Source: Opitutales bacterium
GTDB taxonomy: Bacteria > Verrucomicrobiota > Verrucomicrobiia > Opitutales > UBA953
Direction of reading: 5' to 3'
Length of the DNA: 64,000 nucleotides
NCBI GenBank assembly: GCA_017546455.1
Contig: JAFYWY010000038.1
Span: 18,735 to 82,734 of the forward strand
Positions 9,405-19,274 of this stretch are shown here, in pieces. The position numbers and the translations under genes are program-made. How positions within the stretch are numbered: the stretch's first letter is position 1; each line of letters opens with the position of its first letter. A model generated the notes under the pieces. That model was given only the letters and a program-made list of their open reading frames with translations, had not been told where the DNA came from and made no database searches.

Positions 9405-9437
9405 CAAAAAAAGGCCGCCCTCTTGAAGAGAACGGCC
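9405..9437 (-). terminator. Rho-independent terminator after rplQ (end of the ribosomal superoperon)
   Basis: The minus strand reads aaaggccg-ttctcttcaagaggg-cggccttt followed by a T-run (ggcctttttttg), 28 nt after the rplQ stop. Confidence 0.55.
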
Positions 9438-9464
9438 TTTCTGCTTAGGTTTTTCCGGAAGGGC

Positions 9465-9947
9465 TTATTCGGCAGCAGCGGGGGCCGGGGCCTCTTCAGC
9501 CGGTGCAGCTTCCGCAGCCTTCTTGGCCGGAGCCTTTTTCGGAGCCTTCTTGTAGCCTTCGTCGTCCGCAGCGATGAGCTCGATAAGAGCCATCGGCGTA
9601 GCGTCGCCGATACGCGGAATCGCGAGCTTGTAGATGCGGGTGTAGCCGCCGTTGCGGTTCAGGAATTCCTGAGCGCGCTTATTGAAAAGCACGGCAACGG
9701 GTTCTTCCTGGCGAACCTTAGCGAGAGCCAAACGATAGTAGTGAAGCTTCTTCACCTTGTCGTCGGTTTGAGCAGCCTTCTTCGCGAGCGTAACAATCTT
9801 TTCCGCGAACGGACGAAGGGCTTTCGCCTTCGCCAACGTGGTTTGAATGCGGCCGTGAAGGAAAGGCGCACCCGCCAAAGAGGCCATAAGAGCCTGACGG
9901 TGTTCTTTTTTAACGCCGAGTTGATAACGGTGTTTGCAGTGACGCAT
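9465..9947 (-). CDS. rplQ: 50S ribosomal protein L17
   Basis: MRHCKHRYQLGVKKEHRQAL...GGYTRIYKL matches bL17. It has an A/P/E/K-rich C-terminal tail. It is the last gene of the alpha operon. Confidence 0.95.
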   Translation of the reverse strand: MRHCKHRYQLGVKKEHRQALMASLAGAPFLHGRIQTTLAKAKALRPFAEKIVTLAKKAAQTDDKVKKLHYYRLALAKVRQEEPVAVLFNKRAQEFLNRNGGYTRIYKLAIPRIGDATPMALIELIAADDEGYKKAPKKAPAKKAAEAAPAEEAPAPAAAE

Positions 9948-9981
9948 GATATTTTAAATTTCTATTTTTGATGGTTGAGAA

Positions 9982-11118
9982 TTACTCTTCGTCTTCGTTG
10001 CCGTCAACGGTCGGTCCGAGATCTTCCGTCGCGTATTCTTCGCCGAGTTCTTCTTCGTCTTCAGCGATTTCGGGAAGTGCACCGGAAGCGCGCATATCGG
10101 CGAGCGCCTTGTGGTGCGCTGCGATGATGTCGCGGTCGATGAGGCGCTCGTCAAGCTTCATACCGAGGGAAAGACCGAGCTGTTCGAGCTTTGCCTTGAT
10201 TTCGTTGAGCGACTTCTTACCGAAGTTACGATACTTGAGCATTTCCGCTTCAGACTTGAGAGCGAGCTCGCCGACCGTCGTGATGTTCGCGTTGTTCAGG
10301 CAGTTCGCCGCACGCACCGAAAGTTCGATTTCGTTGACGCTCATGTTGAGGAGCTTGCGGAGGCGATTCTGTTCTTCGCTGACTTCCTTGCCTTCGGTTT
10401 CGAATTCGATCTTTTCGTCCGAAACGGCATCGAACACGTCAAGGTGGTGGCGGAGGATAGCCGCCGCATCCTTGAGAGCTTCGTCCGGAGACGTACGACC
10501 ATCCGTCCAAATTTCGAGGATGAGCTTGTCGTAGTCGGTCATTTGGCCGACACGCGTGTTTTCAACGCTGTAGCGAACCAAGCGGACCGGAGAGAAGAGT
10601 GAATCGATAGCGATAACGCCAATCGGCTGATCGGGAGTTTTGTTTCCTTCGGCCGGGCACCAGGAGCGACCGACGCGGACGCAGAGCTCCATGCGGAGAC
10701 GGCGCTTCTTGTTGATCGTGCAAATGACCTGATCCGGATTGACGATTTCAAGGTCGGAAACGAGCTGAATATCTTGCGCCGTAACCGGTCCTTCGCGATC
10801 AACGTCGATGAAAACGTTGAACGTGTCGCTCTTGTGCGCACGAATGATGACCTTCTTGAGATTCAGGACAACATCCGTAACATCTTCGACGACATCGTCG
10901 ATGGACTGGAATTCGTGGTCTACGCCGTCAATCTTGACGGAGCAGATTGCGGCACCCTCAATCGAGCTGAGGAGAACGCGACGGAGGGCATTGCCCATCG
11001 TCTGTCCGTAGCCCGTTTCAAACGGTTCCGCAATGAATTTTGCGTAAGTATCAGTCGATACCGTTTCATCTTTTTTGAGATGTTTCGGTAATTCAAATTT
11101 CCCAAGACGTTTTGGCAT
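9982..11118 (-). CDS. rpoA: DNA-directed RNA polymerase subunit alpha
   Basis: 378 aa. YGQTMGNALRRVLLSSIEGAAI (N-terminal domain) and VRAANCLNNANITTVGEL (C-terminal domain HhH) are present. An acidic extension of about 50 aa follows the CTD. Confidence 0.95.
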   Translation of the reverse strand: MPKRLGKFELPKHLKKDETVSTDTYAKFIAEPFETGYGQTMGNALRRVLLSSIEGAAICSVKIDGVDHEFQSIDDVVEDVTDVVLNLKKVIIRAHKSDTFNVFIDVDREGPVTAQDIQLVSDLEIVNPDQVICTINKKRRLRMELCVRVGRSWCPAEGNKTPDQPIGVIAIDSLFSPVRLVRYSVENTRVGQMTDYDKLILEIWTDGRTSPDEALKDAAAILRHHLDVFDAVSDEKIEFETEGKEVSEEQNRLRKLLNMSVNEIELSVRAANCLNNANITTVGELALKSEAEMLKYRNFGKKSLNEIKAKLEQLGLSLGMKLDERLIDRDIIAAHHKALADMRASGALPEIAEDEEELGEEYATEDLGPTVDGNEDEE

Positions 11119-11153
11119 TTTCGGTATCTTCTAATTAGATGTTTAAATGTGGA

Positions 11154-11762
11154 TTAGCGGCTGTAGAATTCAACGATGAGCTGGACATTGATGTCCTGAG
11201 CCATTTCTTCGCGAGCCGGCTTGCGATCAACCGTTCCTTCGAGCGTTCCCGCCGTGAGCGTGAGCCATGCCGGAACCGGACGCGTCTGGTTTTCTTCGAC
11301 GCCGCGGGTTGCGAGCTGCTTGGAGGAAGTGCGGTTGCGAACTTCAATCTTATCGCCGACACTGCAGCAGAAGCTCGGAATGTCGACCTTGTGGCCGTTC
11401 ACGCAAATGTGGCCGTGGCCGACCAATTGGCGAGCGGCGCGGCGCGTATTCGCAAAGCCCAAGAGATAGACAACGCTATCCAGGCGCATTTCGAGGAGCG
11501 TGAGGAAGTTTTCACCGACAACGCCGCCCATGCGCTTTGCGCGGGCATACGTGAGGCGGAACTGCTTTTCGCCGAGGCCATACATGAAGCGGAGCTTCTG
11601 TTTTTCATTCAGGCCGATGGAGTATTCCGAAGCCTTGCGACGGAGCGTCGGGCCGTGAACTCCCGGAGGATACGGCTTGCGTTCCTCAGCCTTGCAGGTC
11701 GGAAGGATGTTCTGACCGAAGCGGCGATTTAACTTGCTGGTGGGTCCTGTGTATCGTGACAT
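11154..11762 (-). CDS. rpsD: 30S ribosomal protein S4
   Basis: MSRYTGPTSKLNRRFG N-terminus, 202 aa, canonical position before rpoA. Confidence 0.95.
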   Translation of the reverse strand: MSRYTGPTSKLNRRFGQNILPTCKAEERKPYPPGVHGPTLRRKASEYSIGLNEKQKLRFMYGLGEKQFRLTYARAKRMGGVVGENFLTLLEMRLDSVVYLLGFANTRRAARQLVGHGHICVNGHKVDIPSFCCSVGDKIEVRNRTSSKQLATRGVEENQTRPVPAWLTLTAGTLEGTVDRKPAREEMAQDINVQLIVEFYSR

Positions 11763-11820
11763 GTTTGTATTGTGTTTGGCGGCTTAGTCTGCTGCCCGGG
11801 TTGCCATTGCCGGACAGGAT

Positions 11821-11868
11821 AAAAAGAGTGAGAAAGCCTGCAAACGCCTAAAACGGAATTTGCAGGCC
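11821..11868 (-). terminator. Terminator-like or attenuator hairpin in the rpsK-rpsD spacer
   Basis: The minus strand reads gcctgcaaa-ttccgttttaggcg-tttgcaggc (9-bp stem, 11836-11868), followed by tttctcactcttttt. It sits in an unusually long 123-nt spacer. Confidence 0.5.
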
Positions 11869-11885
11869 CAAATACGCATTCGCGA

Positions 11886-12359
11886 TTAGACGCGGCGGCG
11901 TTTCGGCGGGCGGCAACCGTTGTGCGGAACCGGCGTCACGTCCGTAATCGAGAGGACGTTCAGGCCGAGCGACTGGAGCGCGCGGATAGCCGAATCACGT
12001 CCCATTCCCGGACCGCGAACCTTGACGATAACGTCCTTCAGGCCGTGCGACATCGCAACGCGTGCAGCGTCTTGGCAAACGACCTGGGCGGCAAAAGCCG
12101 TGGACTTGCGGGAACCGCGGAAGTTGCATTGTCCGGACGAGGAGCGGGAGATAACATTCCCGTTCGTATCGCAGAAAGTAATCTTCGTGTTATTGAACGT
12201 TGCAAGAATATTGCAGACGCCGGTCGTGATGTTTTTGGAACCCTTGGCGCGACGCACCTTGATTTCTTCCAAACCTTCGGCGAGCAAATCCTTCGCCGTG
12301 ATTTCTTTCTTCTCGGGCGCTGCGGGAGCGGCTTCTTTCTTGACTTCTTCTTGACTCAT
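11886..12359 (-). CDS. rpsK: 30S ribosomal protein S11
   Basis: 157 aa. The core [18 protein letters not shown]...[13 protein letters not shown]...[17 protein letters not shown] matches uS11. It has an N-terminal K/E/A/P-rich extension of about 27 aa. Confidence 0.95.
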   Translation of the reverse strand: MSQEEVKKEAAPAAPEKKEITAKDLLAEGLEEIKVRRAKGSKNITTGVCNILATFNNTKITFCDTNGNVISRSSSGQCNFRGSRKSTAFAAQVVCQDAARVAMSHGLKDVIVKVRGPGMGRDSAIRALQSLGLNVLSITDVTPVPHNGCRPPKRRRV

Positions 12360-12379
12360 TGAAAGGAACTTTCTGTTAA

Positions 12380-12751
12380 TTATTTGGAGACGACGCCGAT
12401 GGTCTTGCGAGCACCCTTGCGCGTGCGGGCATTGGTCTTCGTGCGCTGTCCGCGAACCGGGAGTCCGCGGAAGTGGCGGAGACCGCGATAGGACTTAATG
12501 GACTGCAAGCGCTTGACGTTACCGCTGATTTCGCGGCGAAGGTCACCTTCGCATTTGTAGCCTCGTTCAACAATATAGTTGACGATTTTGTTGAGCTGTT
12601 CTTCCGTAAGCTTGTCGGAGCGGAGCGCCGGGTCGATCCCGAGAGCGTTCACGATTTCCGTGGCACGGGCCGGGCCGATGCCATAGATATAGCGCAACGC
12701 GAATTCGACGCGTTTGTTATTCGGAATGTCTACACCAAGTAAGCGTGGCAT
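12380..12751 (-). CDS. rpsM: 30S ribosomal protein S13
   Basis: [26 protein letters not shown] matches uS13, 123 aa. Confidence 0.95.
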   Translation of the reverse strand: MPRLLGVDIPNNKRVEFALRYIYGIGPARATEIVNALGIDPALRSDKLTEEQLNKIVNYIVERGYKCEGDLRREISGNVKRLQSIKSYRGLRHFRGLPVRGQRTKTNARTRKGARKTIGVVSK

Positions 12752-12853
12752 GGATTTTTATGTTTTATCGTTTGTTTAGAAAGGGAAAAGTTTGAAAGGA
12801 TGTCAGAACTTCTCGTGGTTGGAAAGTAAAAAATTTGGGAGAAAGAAAACGAA

Positions 12854-13615
12854 TCAAAGTACCGTAAGGATTTCAGGCTCGTCTTCCGTAATGAGGATTG
12901 TGTGTTCCGCGTGGGCTGCCGGTTTGCGATCTCGCGTAAGCACCGTCCATCCGTCTTCTGCAATATCGATGAGATGTGTCCCCATGTTAATCATCGGCTC
13001 AATCGCCAAAGTCATACCCGGACGCAGCTTTTCGCCTTTATGAGGCTTGCCGTAATTCGGAACCTGAGGCTCTTCGTGCATCGAACGTCCGACTCCGTGA
13101 CCGGTGAACTCACGAACAATTCCGTAGCCGTGCGGCTTGATGAACTGCTCGATAGCATGGGAGATATCTCCGACCCGATTGCCGCGTTTGGCGGCGGCAA
13201 TGCCGGCATAAAGCGCGCCTTCCGTCACTTCGCAAAGCTTGCGAACCGGTTCGGCAACCGGCTCCACCAGAACCGTACGCGTATTATCGCCTACAAATCC
13301 CTTGTGGCGCACAACCACGTCAAGCGACACAATGTCACCCGGACGAATCGTGCGGCGCATGGTCCCGATTCCGTGAATGACTTCTTCATTGACGGAAATA
13401 CAGATATAACCGGGGAAAACGAGCTTGCCGTAGCGATAGTTGTAGCAGGTGCTTTCGGCACCGAGCTCTTCCATCACCTTGCGGGCAAAATTATCGATAT
13501 CGTATGTCGTCATTCCCGCCTCAACGAACTTGGCGGTACGATCCAGTACCTGAGCGGCGACTTTGCAAGCCTCACGCATCGGACCTATTTCGTTTTTGGA
13601 GAGCGGAATGATCAT
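12854..13615 (-). CDS. map: Type I methionine aminopeptidase
   Basis: 253 aa. It shows the pita-bread fold metal-ligand context (VSLDVVV, FTGHGVG, LAIEPM, AHAEHT). It sits directly after secY. Confidence 0.9.
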   Translation of the reverse strand: MIIPLSKNEIGPMREACKVAAQVLDRTAKFVEAGMTTYDIDNFARKVMEELGAESTCYNYRYGKLVFPGYICISVNEEVIHGIGTMRRTIRPGDIVSLDVVVRHKGFVGDNTRTVLVEPVAEPVRKLCEVTEGALYAGIAAAKRGNRVGDISHAIEQFIKPHGYGIVREFTGHGVGRSMHEEPQVPNYGKPHKGEKLRPGMTLAIEPMINMGTHLIDIAEDGWTVLTRDRKPAAHAEHTILITEDEPEILTVL

Positions 13616-13637
13616 TTTGTAAAAGAACGGAAATGGC

Positions 13638-15182
13638 TTAGGCTACGGGAGCTGCCGAGTAAGCCTGCCAAGCATTAATCCCGTAAGCAAGCAAACCGAG
13701 AACAAAGATGGCAAGCAAGACATAGGTCAGACGGCCGATACCCTTTTCTTCACCGACTTCGGCAATGCGACGGGAACGCGATGCTACCGGGGTGGCGACT
13801 CCGCCGATACGGCTTTTCTTGAGGAAGCCTTCGTAATGGCGCTGGAGCAAAAGCGATTCCACTTGGCGCATCGTATCCAAAACAACCCCGACAGCGATAA
13901 GACCGCTGGTGCCGCCGATGACGCGAGCCAAACGCGGAAAGAGATTGAGGTTGTAAATGAAGTAGTCCGGAATCAGAGCAATAATCACGAGGAAGATACC
14001 GCCGGCAAACGTAAGACGATTCATCACGAATTCGAGATACGAGGCCGTATGCTGTCCCGGACGGATTCCGGGAATATAGCCGTTGTTCTTCTTCAGATCG
14101 TCCGCCACCTGAATCGGCTTAAACATCACCGAAACCCAGAAGAAGCTGAACGTAAAGACAAAAGCCCCCATCAGGAAGTAGTAAACGCTCTGCCCCGGCA
14201 TCACGTAGGAACTCCACGGCAAGAGAAAGCTCAAAGCCGGCGTGGAAGTTCCGAGCCAAGTCAGCGGCATCGAAAGGAACGAGAGAATCGCACCGGCAAA
14301 AATAACCGGCATAACGCCTGCGTAATTGACCTTCATCGGCAGGTACGTGGTTTGACCGCCGTACATCTTACGCCCGACAACGCGCTTCGCGTATTGCACC
14401 GGAATCTTGCGGACCGCCTGCGTAATCATCACAAGCAGAGCGCAACCGACAACGAAGAGTGCAATCATTCCGATCAACTTCAGGAAAGAATATTCCGAAG
14501 CACCGGTTCCGTCCACAATCGTTTCACCGAAAAGTCCGGAAATAAAGGGAGAAATCGCCTGCGGCATGTCCGCAACAATCCCGAGAACGATGAGAATCGA
14601 AGCTCCGTTCCCGATACCGCGCTGCGTAATCTGCTCACCGAGCCAGGTCATGATGACCGCCCCCGCCGTCAGGATAATCGTACCCATAACGACAAAGAGT
14701 GTCTTGTCGCACACGAGGATGCTTCCCGTGAACTCATTCATTCCGAGCGCGCGCCCCACCGTTTCCGGATTGGAGAGCATGTTCGTAATCATGAGCCCCT
14801 GGATAAGAGCAATCAGAACCGTCATATAGCGCGTATACTGCGCAATTTTCTGCTGACCGTTCTCCTCTTGGCGCAGACGAGCCAAGCCCGGAAGCACGGC
14901 CCCCATTAACTGCATGATAATCGACGCACTGATGTAAGGCATGATGCCGAGCGCAAAAATTGCACCCTTCAACATCGCCCCACCCGTGAACGCGTTATAC
15001 AAGCCGACGACACCATTCCCCTTTTGCAACAACTGATCGACGAAGCTCGTGAGCACCGTCAAATCAATCCCCGGAAGCGGAAGATTGCCACCGATTCGGG
15101 AGATAAAAATCAACCCGAGGGTGACAATAATACGATTCCGAAGTTCGGGAACGCGCCAGCAATTAAAGAAGGCCGAAAACAT
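13638..15182 (-). CDS. secY: Preprotein translocase subunit SecY, with a C-terminal extension
   Basis: 514 aa. It has the RIGGNLPLPGID N-terminal motif, the GIMPYISASII plug/TM2 region and a LLQRHYEGFLKK C-terminal motif. About 55 extra residues follow, including a hydrophobic helix (LTYVLLAIFVLGLLAYGI). Confidence 0.95.
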   Translation of the reverse strand: MFSAFFNCWRVPELRNRIIVTLGLIFISRIGGNLPLPGIDLTVLTSFVDQLLQKGNGVVGLYNAFTGGAMLKGAIFALGIMPYISASIIMQLMGAVLPGLARLRQEENGQQKIAQYTRYMTVLIALIQGLMITNMLSNPETVGRALGMNEFTGSILVCDKTLFVVMGTIILTAGAVIMTWLGEQITQRGIGNGASILIVLGIVADMPQAISPFISGLFGETIVDGTGASEYSFLKLIGMIALFVVGCALLVMITQAVRKIPVQYAKRVVGRKMYGGQTTYLPMKVNYAGVMPVIFAGAILSFLSMPLTWLGTSTPALSFLLPWSSYVMPGQSVYYFLMGAFVFTFSFFWVSVMFKPIQVADDLKKNNGYIPGIRPGQHTASYLEFVMNRLTFAGGIFLVIIALIPDYFIYNLNLFPRLARVIGGTSGLIAVGVVLDTMRQVESLLLQRHYEGFLKKSRIGGVATPVASRSRRIAEVGEEKGIGRLTYVLLAIFVLGLLAYGINAWQAYSAAPVA

Positions 15183-15207
15183 CCGTAAGCGTTATTCTGC
15201 CGCTGAA

Positions 15208-15675
15208 TTATTCAGCAGCGGCTTCTTCAACCGTGCAGGAAAGCACTTCAACCTTACCGCCGGCGGCTTCAATCTTAGCCTTTGCGGAGTCGGAGAATTT
15301 CTGCGCGGAAACAGTGACGGCCTTCGAGATTTCGCCCGTGCCGAGCACCTTGATGAAGAGCTCGTTGGCGCGAACCAAACCGGCGCGAACCAAAGCGTCG
15401 CGATCAATCACGTCGCCTTCGATCTTTGCGAGCTGGCCGACATTGACAACCGCGAATTCAACACGGTTGACATTGCGGAAACCGCGATGCGGAAGCTTGC
15501 GGTAAAGCGGCATCTGACCGCCTTCGAAGCCCGGGCGAACGCCACCGCCGGAGCGGGCTTTCATACCCTTGTGACCGCGACCGCAGGTTTTGCCGTGACC
15601 GCTGCCAATACCGCAACCGAGACGTTTGTGACGGTGCGTCGAACCTTCAATTTTAGGAAGAGTGTGAAGTTTCAT
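15208..15675 (-). CDS. rplO: 50S ribosomal protein L15
   Basis: RLGCGIGSGHGKTCGRGHKG and GFEGGQMPLYRKLP match uL15, 155 aa. Confidence 0.95.
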   Translation of the reverse strand: MKLHTLPKIEGSTHRHKRLGCGIGSGHGKTCGRGHKGMKARSGGGVRPGFEGGQMPLYRKLPHRGFRNVNRVEFAVVNVGQLAKIEGDVIDRDALVRAGLVRANELFIKVLGTGEISKAVTVSAQKFSDSAKAKIEAAGGKVEVLSCTVEEAAAE

Positions 15676-15702
15676 TTTTATGATGAACTAAATGTTGATT
15701 GA

Positions 15703-16317
15703 TTACGAACGCGAAGCGCGAATCTGTTCGAGCGTGCGCAGCTTGCGGAGGCCGTCAAGCGTTGCCTTAACGAGGGCACCCGGATTGTTGGAACCGAGGG
15801 ACTTCGAGAGGACGTCCTTAACGCCTGCAACTTCGAGCACTGCACGAACTCCGCCGCCGGCGATAACACCGGTACCGGGAGAAGCCGGACGCAGAAGCAC
15901 TTCACCGCCGTCATGGGTTCCGACCACTTCGTGCGGGATCGTGTTGTTGCGGAGCTGAACCGCCATCAGGTTCTTGTGAGCGCGTTCCGTACCCTTACGG
16001 ATAGCATCCGGAACTTCCTTCGCCTTGCCGTAGCCGACGCCGACATTGCCCTTTCCGTCACCGGAAACAACCAAAGCAGCGAAGCTGAAGCGACGACCGC
16101 CCTTGACGACCTTGGCACAGCGATTGATGTGGACCACCTTATCGATGTATTCGGAAGCTTCCGCTTCTTGGCGCGGAGCACGACGGTCATTGCGGCGACC
16201 GCCCTGGCGTCCGTTCCCGCGTCCGCGGGGAGCCTGTTGAATGGGAGCTGCGGCTTCCGCTGCCGGCGTTTCGACCGAAGCGGCTGCGTTTTCAGGAGCT
16301 GAAATTTCTTGCGACAT
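15703..16317 (-). CDS. rpsE: 30S ribosomal protein S5
   Basis: The core [28 protein letters not shown] matches uS5, 204 aa. It has a low-complexity N-terminal extension of about 40 aa. Confidence 0.95.
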   Translation of the reverse strand: MSQEISAPENAAASVETPAAEAAAPIQQAPRGRGNGRQGGRRNDRRAPRQEAEASEYIDKVVHINRCAKVVKGGRRFSFAALVVSGDGKGNVGVGYGKAKEVPDAIRKGTERAHKNLMAVQLRNNTIPHEVVGTHDGGEVLLRPASPGTGVIAGGGVRAVLEVAGVKDVLSKSLGSNNPGALVKATLDGLRKLRTLEQIRASRS

Positions 16318-16326
16318 GGTGAATCC

Positions 16327-16692
16327 TTAGAATTGAAGACCGGCTTCGCGGAGCGCTTCCGCAAATGCCTTGACGGTTCCGTGGTAGCGACGACCGGCGC
16401 GGTCGAAAACGATGGCGTTGATGCCTGCAGCTTTCGCCTTTTCGCCGAAGAGCTTTCCGAAAGCCTTAGCACCGGCAACATTCGGAAGAATCTTCTGGGC
16501 GCGCAAATCTTTCTGCATCGTCGAGCCGCCGAGAATGGTGCGTCCTTCGCCGTCAACGATAACCTGCGCATGAATGTGGAGGTTCGTGAATTTCACAACC
16601 AAGCGCGGACGTTCCGCCGTACCCACAACCGTCTTGCGAATGCGATAGCGACGGCGTTGCAAAAGTTTAATTTTTCTGTCGTTCTTTTTCAT
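16327..16692 (-). CDS. rplR: 50S ribosomal protein L18
   Basis: RRRYRIRKTVVGTAERPRLVV...FDRAGRRYHGTVKAFAEALREAGLQF matches uL18, 121 aa. Confidence 0.95.
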   Translation of the reverse strand: MKKNDRKIKLLQRRRYRIRKTVVGTAERPRLVVKFTNLHIHAQVIVDGEGRTILGGSTMQKDLRAQKILPNVAGAKAFGKLFGEKAKAAGINAIVFDRAGRRYHGTVKAFAEALREAGLQF

Positions 16693-16712
16693 TTATCAGA
16701 AAACGTTAGAGA

Positions 16713-17249
16713 TTATGCAGTTTTCTTGCCTTCCTTGCGGAGGACGAACTCACCGACGATACGGACACCCTTGCCCTTGTACGGTTCAACCGGCTTGAAT
16801 GCCTTAATGTCCGCAGCGACCTGGCCGACAACGCGCTTGTCTGCACCGGAGATGTCAATCTTAACACCGTCGGTAATGACAACCTTAATGCCTTCCGGGA
16901 TATCGTAGATGATCGGGTGGGACTGACCGAGAGCGAGGTCCAACTTGTTACCGCTCATCACGGCCTTGAAACCGACGCCTTGGATTTCGAGCTGTTTCGA
17001 ATAACCTTCGGTAACACCCTTGACCATGTTGTTGATGATCGCGCGAGCCGTACCGTGCATAGCACCGGCGAAGCGCGTGTCATTCAACGGCTTAACATGA
17101 ACAAGACCGTCTTCGAGCTTGATTTCGACACAATCCGCAAACGTCTGCGAAAGTTTACCCTTCGGGCCTTCGACGTTAACGGTGTTTCCGTTGACGGCGA
17201 CCTTAACCCCTGCGGGAACTTGAACGGCGATTTTACCAATTCGACTCAT
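16713..17249 (-). CDS. rplF: 50S ribosomal protein L6
   Basis: MSRIGKIAVQVPAGVKVAVNGNTVNVEGPKGKL matches uL6, 178 aa. Confidence 0.95.
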   Translation of the reverse strand: MSRIGKIAVQVPAGVKVAVNGNTVNVEGPKGKLSQTFADCVEIKLEDGLVHVKPLNDTRFAGAMHGTARAIINNMVKGVTEGYSKQLEIQGVGFKAVMSGNKLDLALGQSHPIIYDIPEGIKVVITDGVKIDISGADKRVVGQVAADIKAFKPVEPYKGKGVRIVGEFVLRKEGKKTA

Positions 17250-17276
17250 TGTTTTGTCTCCTTGTTCTATAGGTGA

Positions 17277-17672
17277 TTACCAAACCTGAGCGAGAATTTC
17301 GCCGCCGACCTTCTGCTGGCGGGCTTCTGCGTCGCTGAGGATGCCCTTGGAGGTGGTGAGAACGGAAATTCCCATCCCGCCGATGACTTTCGGAATGTCT
17401 CCGTAGCCCGTGTAGATGCGGCGACCCGGCTTCGAGATACGGTTGATTTCCGTAATAACCGGCTTCTTGCCGTTGTACTTCAGGGTGATTTCGATGACGG
17501 GAAGCTTATTCTTCTCCGTTTTCGTAAAATCTGCAATGTATCCCGCTTCCTTGAGAATACGGGCAACGCCTTCGCGCACCGAAGACCATTGTGCAGAAAC
17601 GCTTTTCAGACCTGCGTGACTTCCGTTACGAATAATCGTAAGAAAATCGCCTAAGGTATCATGAGTAGCCAT
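17277..17672 (-). CDS. rpsH: 30S ribosomal protein S8
   Basis: DTLGDFLTIIRNG...GGEILAQVW matches uS8, 131 aa. Confidence 0.95.
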   Translation of the reverse strand: MATHDTLGDFLTIIRNGSHAGLKSVSAQWSSVREGVARILKEAGYIADFTKTEKNKLPVIEITLKYNGKKPVITEINRISKPGRRIYTGYGDIPKVIGGMGISVLTTSKGILSDAEARQQKVGGEILAQVW

Positions 17673-17704
17673 ATTAAATTTTTCCTGTATTTGCGGTTAA
17701 TGAA

Positions 17705-18010
17705 TTACCAAGAAGCTTTCGTGACGCCCGGAATTTTACCGTTCGACGCGAGCTCGCGGAAGGTGATACGGGAAAGCCCGAACTTGCCGATATAGGCACG
17801 CGGACGGCCCGTGATGCTGCAACGATTGCGCAGACGAATCTTGCTGGAGTTGCGGGGAAGCTTATCCAAAGCAACCTGGGCTTTGTAGAATTCTTCGTCG
17901 CTCGTTTCGGGATTCGCAATAATCGCCTTGAGGGAAGCACGCTTTTCCGCGTACTTAGCCACGAGACGGGCACGCTTCAGATTCTTTTCGATGGAAGATT
18001 TTTTTGCCAT
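17705..18010 (-). CDS. rpsN: 30S ribosomal protein S14 (long, non-zinc form)
   Basis: [20 protein letters not shown]...[28 protein letters not shown]...W matches uS14, 101 aa. Confidence 0.95.
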   Translation of the reverse strand: MAKKSSIEKNLKRARLVAKYAEKRASLKAIIANPETSDEEFYKAQVALDKLPRNSSKIRLRNRCSITGRPRAYIGKFGLSRITFRELASNGKIPGVTKASW

Positions 18011-18024
18011 GACGTTATCCGATA

Positions 18025-18603
18025 TTAGTTGTTAGCAGCATTTTCCGTAGCAGCCTTGGAAGACTTACGGAACGGCATTCCCATAAGGCGGAGGAGTTCG
18101 CGACCTTCATCGTCGGTCTTAGCCGTCGTAACGATCGTGATATCCATCCCGATGTTCGCACGTTGCGAACCGTCACCTTGCGTTTCCGGGAAGATCGTGT
18201 GGTCTGCGATACCGAGGGAGTAGTTTCCGCGGCCGTCGAGACGGTTGGAAACCCCGCGGAAGTCACGAATCATCGGCAGCGCAATGTAGATAAGGCGTGC
18301 CAAGAATTCATACATCGCGTCGCCGCGAAGCGTAACCATGCAGCCGAGCGGCATGCCTTCGCGAACACGGAAATTCGAAACGCTCTTGCGCGCGTGGGTC
18401 ACCACGGGGCGCTGTCCGGCAATCTTCGAAATTTCCTTGAGAACTTCCGCCTGAGCATTCTTATCGGTGTCCGCTGCGTAAGCCGAGTTGATGACGACCT
18501 TCGTGATTGCGGGAACCTGATGCGGATTTTCGATCTTGAGCGTCTTCTTGAGCTCCGGAACGACCTTCTCTGCGTAAATTTTCTTCAGAACAGGTGTGTG
18601 CAT
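18025..18603 (-). CDS. rplE: 50S ribosomal protein L5
   Basis: 192 aa. [24 protein letters not shown] and GNYSLGI match uL5. Canonical spc-operon position. Confidence 0.95.
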   Translation of the reverse strand: MHTPVLKKIYAEKVVPELKKTLKIENPHQVPAITKVVINSAYAADTDKNAQAEVLKEISKIAGQRPVVTHARKSVSNFRVREGMPLGCMVTLRGDAMYEFLARLIYIALPMIRDFRGVSNRLDGRGNYSLGIADHTIFPETQGDGSQRANIGMDITIVTTAKTDDEGRELLRLMGMPFRKSSKAATENAANN

Positions 18604-18621
18604 TTTCTAATTCTCTCCTGA

Positions 18622-18882
18622 TTATTGTTTTGCAGCCTTCTTGGCATCGTACTTCGAAGCGAGCATCACGTTGGAAGCATGAATCGGAGCTTCCTTGTCG
18701 ATGATACCGCCTTCAACGCCGGCCTGTTCATTGGCCTTCGTGTGGCGCTTCACAATGTTGAGACCTTCGACAACCACCGTATTCTTCGAGGGGAACACCG
18801 CGAGAATCTTCCCGCGCTTGCCTTTTTCGGAACCCGAGATAACAACGACCTCGTCGTCTTTCTTAAGATTTTGTTTTGCCAT
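18622..18882 (-). CDS. rplX: 50S ribosomal protein L24
   Basis: [25 protein letters not shown] motif, 86 aa. Confidence 0.9.
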   Translation of the reverse strand: MAKQNLKKDDEVVVISGSEKGKRGKILAVFPSKNTVVVEGLNIVKRHTKANEQAGVEGGIIDKEAPIHASNVMLASKYDAKKAAKQ

Positions 18883-18884
18883 GA

Positions 18885-19253
18885 TTAGAGCACCTCCGGT
18901 GCGAGAGAAACGATTTTCATGAATTTCTGACGGAGCTCACGTGCGACCGGCCCGAAAATACGGGTTCCGCGCGGGTTTCCGTTGCCGTCGAGGATGACGA
19001 CAGCATTCGAATCGAAGCGGAGATAGCTTCCGTCCGCACGGCGAATCGGAGCCTTCGTACGCACGACGACAGCCTTCACGACCTTGCCTTTTTTAACGGC
19101 ATCGGGAGCACTCGGCGTCGAATCCTTAACCGCACAAACGATGATATCGCCGACGGAAGCCGTGTCGGTAATCTGACCGAGACGGCGGATCATTTCAACT
19201 TGGCGTGCGCCGGTATTGTCGGCGACGTCCAAACGCGATTTAAGTTGTACCAT
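18885..19253 (-). CDS. rplN: 50S ribosomal protein L14
   Basis: [22 protein letters not shown] matches uL14, 122 aa. Confidence 0.95.
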   Translation of the reverse strand: MVQLKSRLDVADNTGARQVEMIRRLGQITDTASVGDIIVCAVKDSTPSAPDAVKKGKVVKAVVVRTKAPIRRADGSYLRFDSNAVVILDGNGNPRGTRIFGPVARELRQKFMKIVSLAPEVL

Positions 19254-19274
19254 AGTGTTTAGTCTCCTGCTTGA

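Noticed and set aside
12752-12853. Searched the map-rpsM spacer for rpmJ or infA
   Set aside because: Only 102 nt are available, and no open frame of the needed length exists on the minus strand.
13836-14909. 357-aa plus-strand ORF opposite secY
   Set aside because: SecY is unambiguous on the minus strand. The antisense product is R/H/N-rich and non-protein-like.
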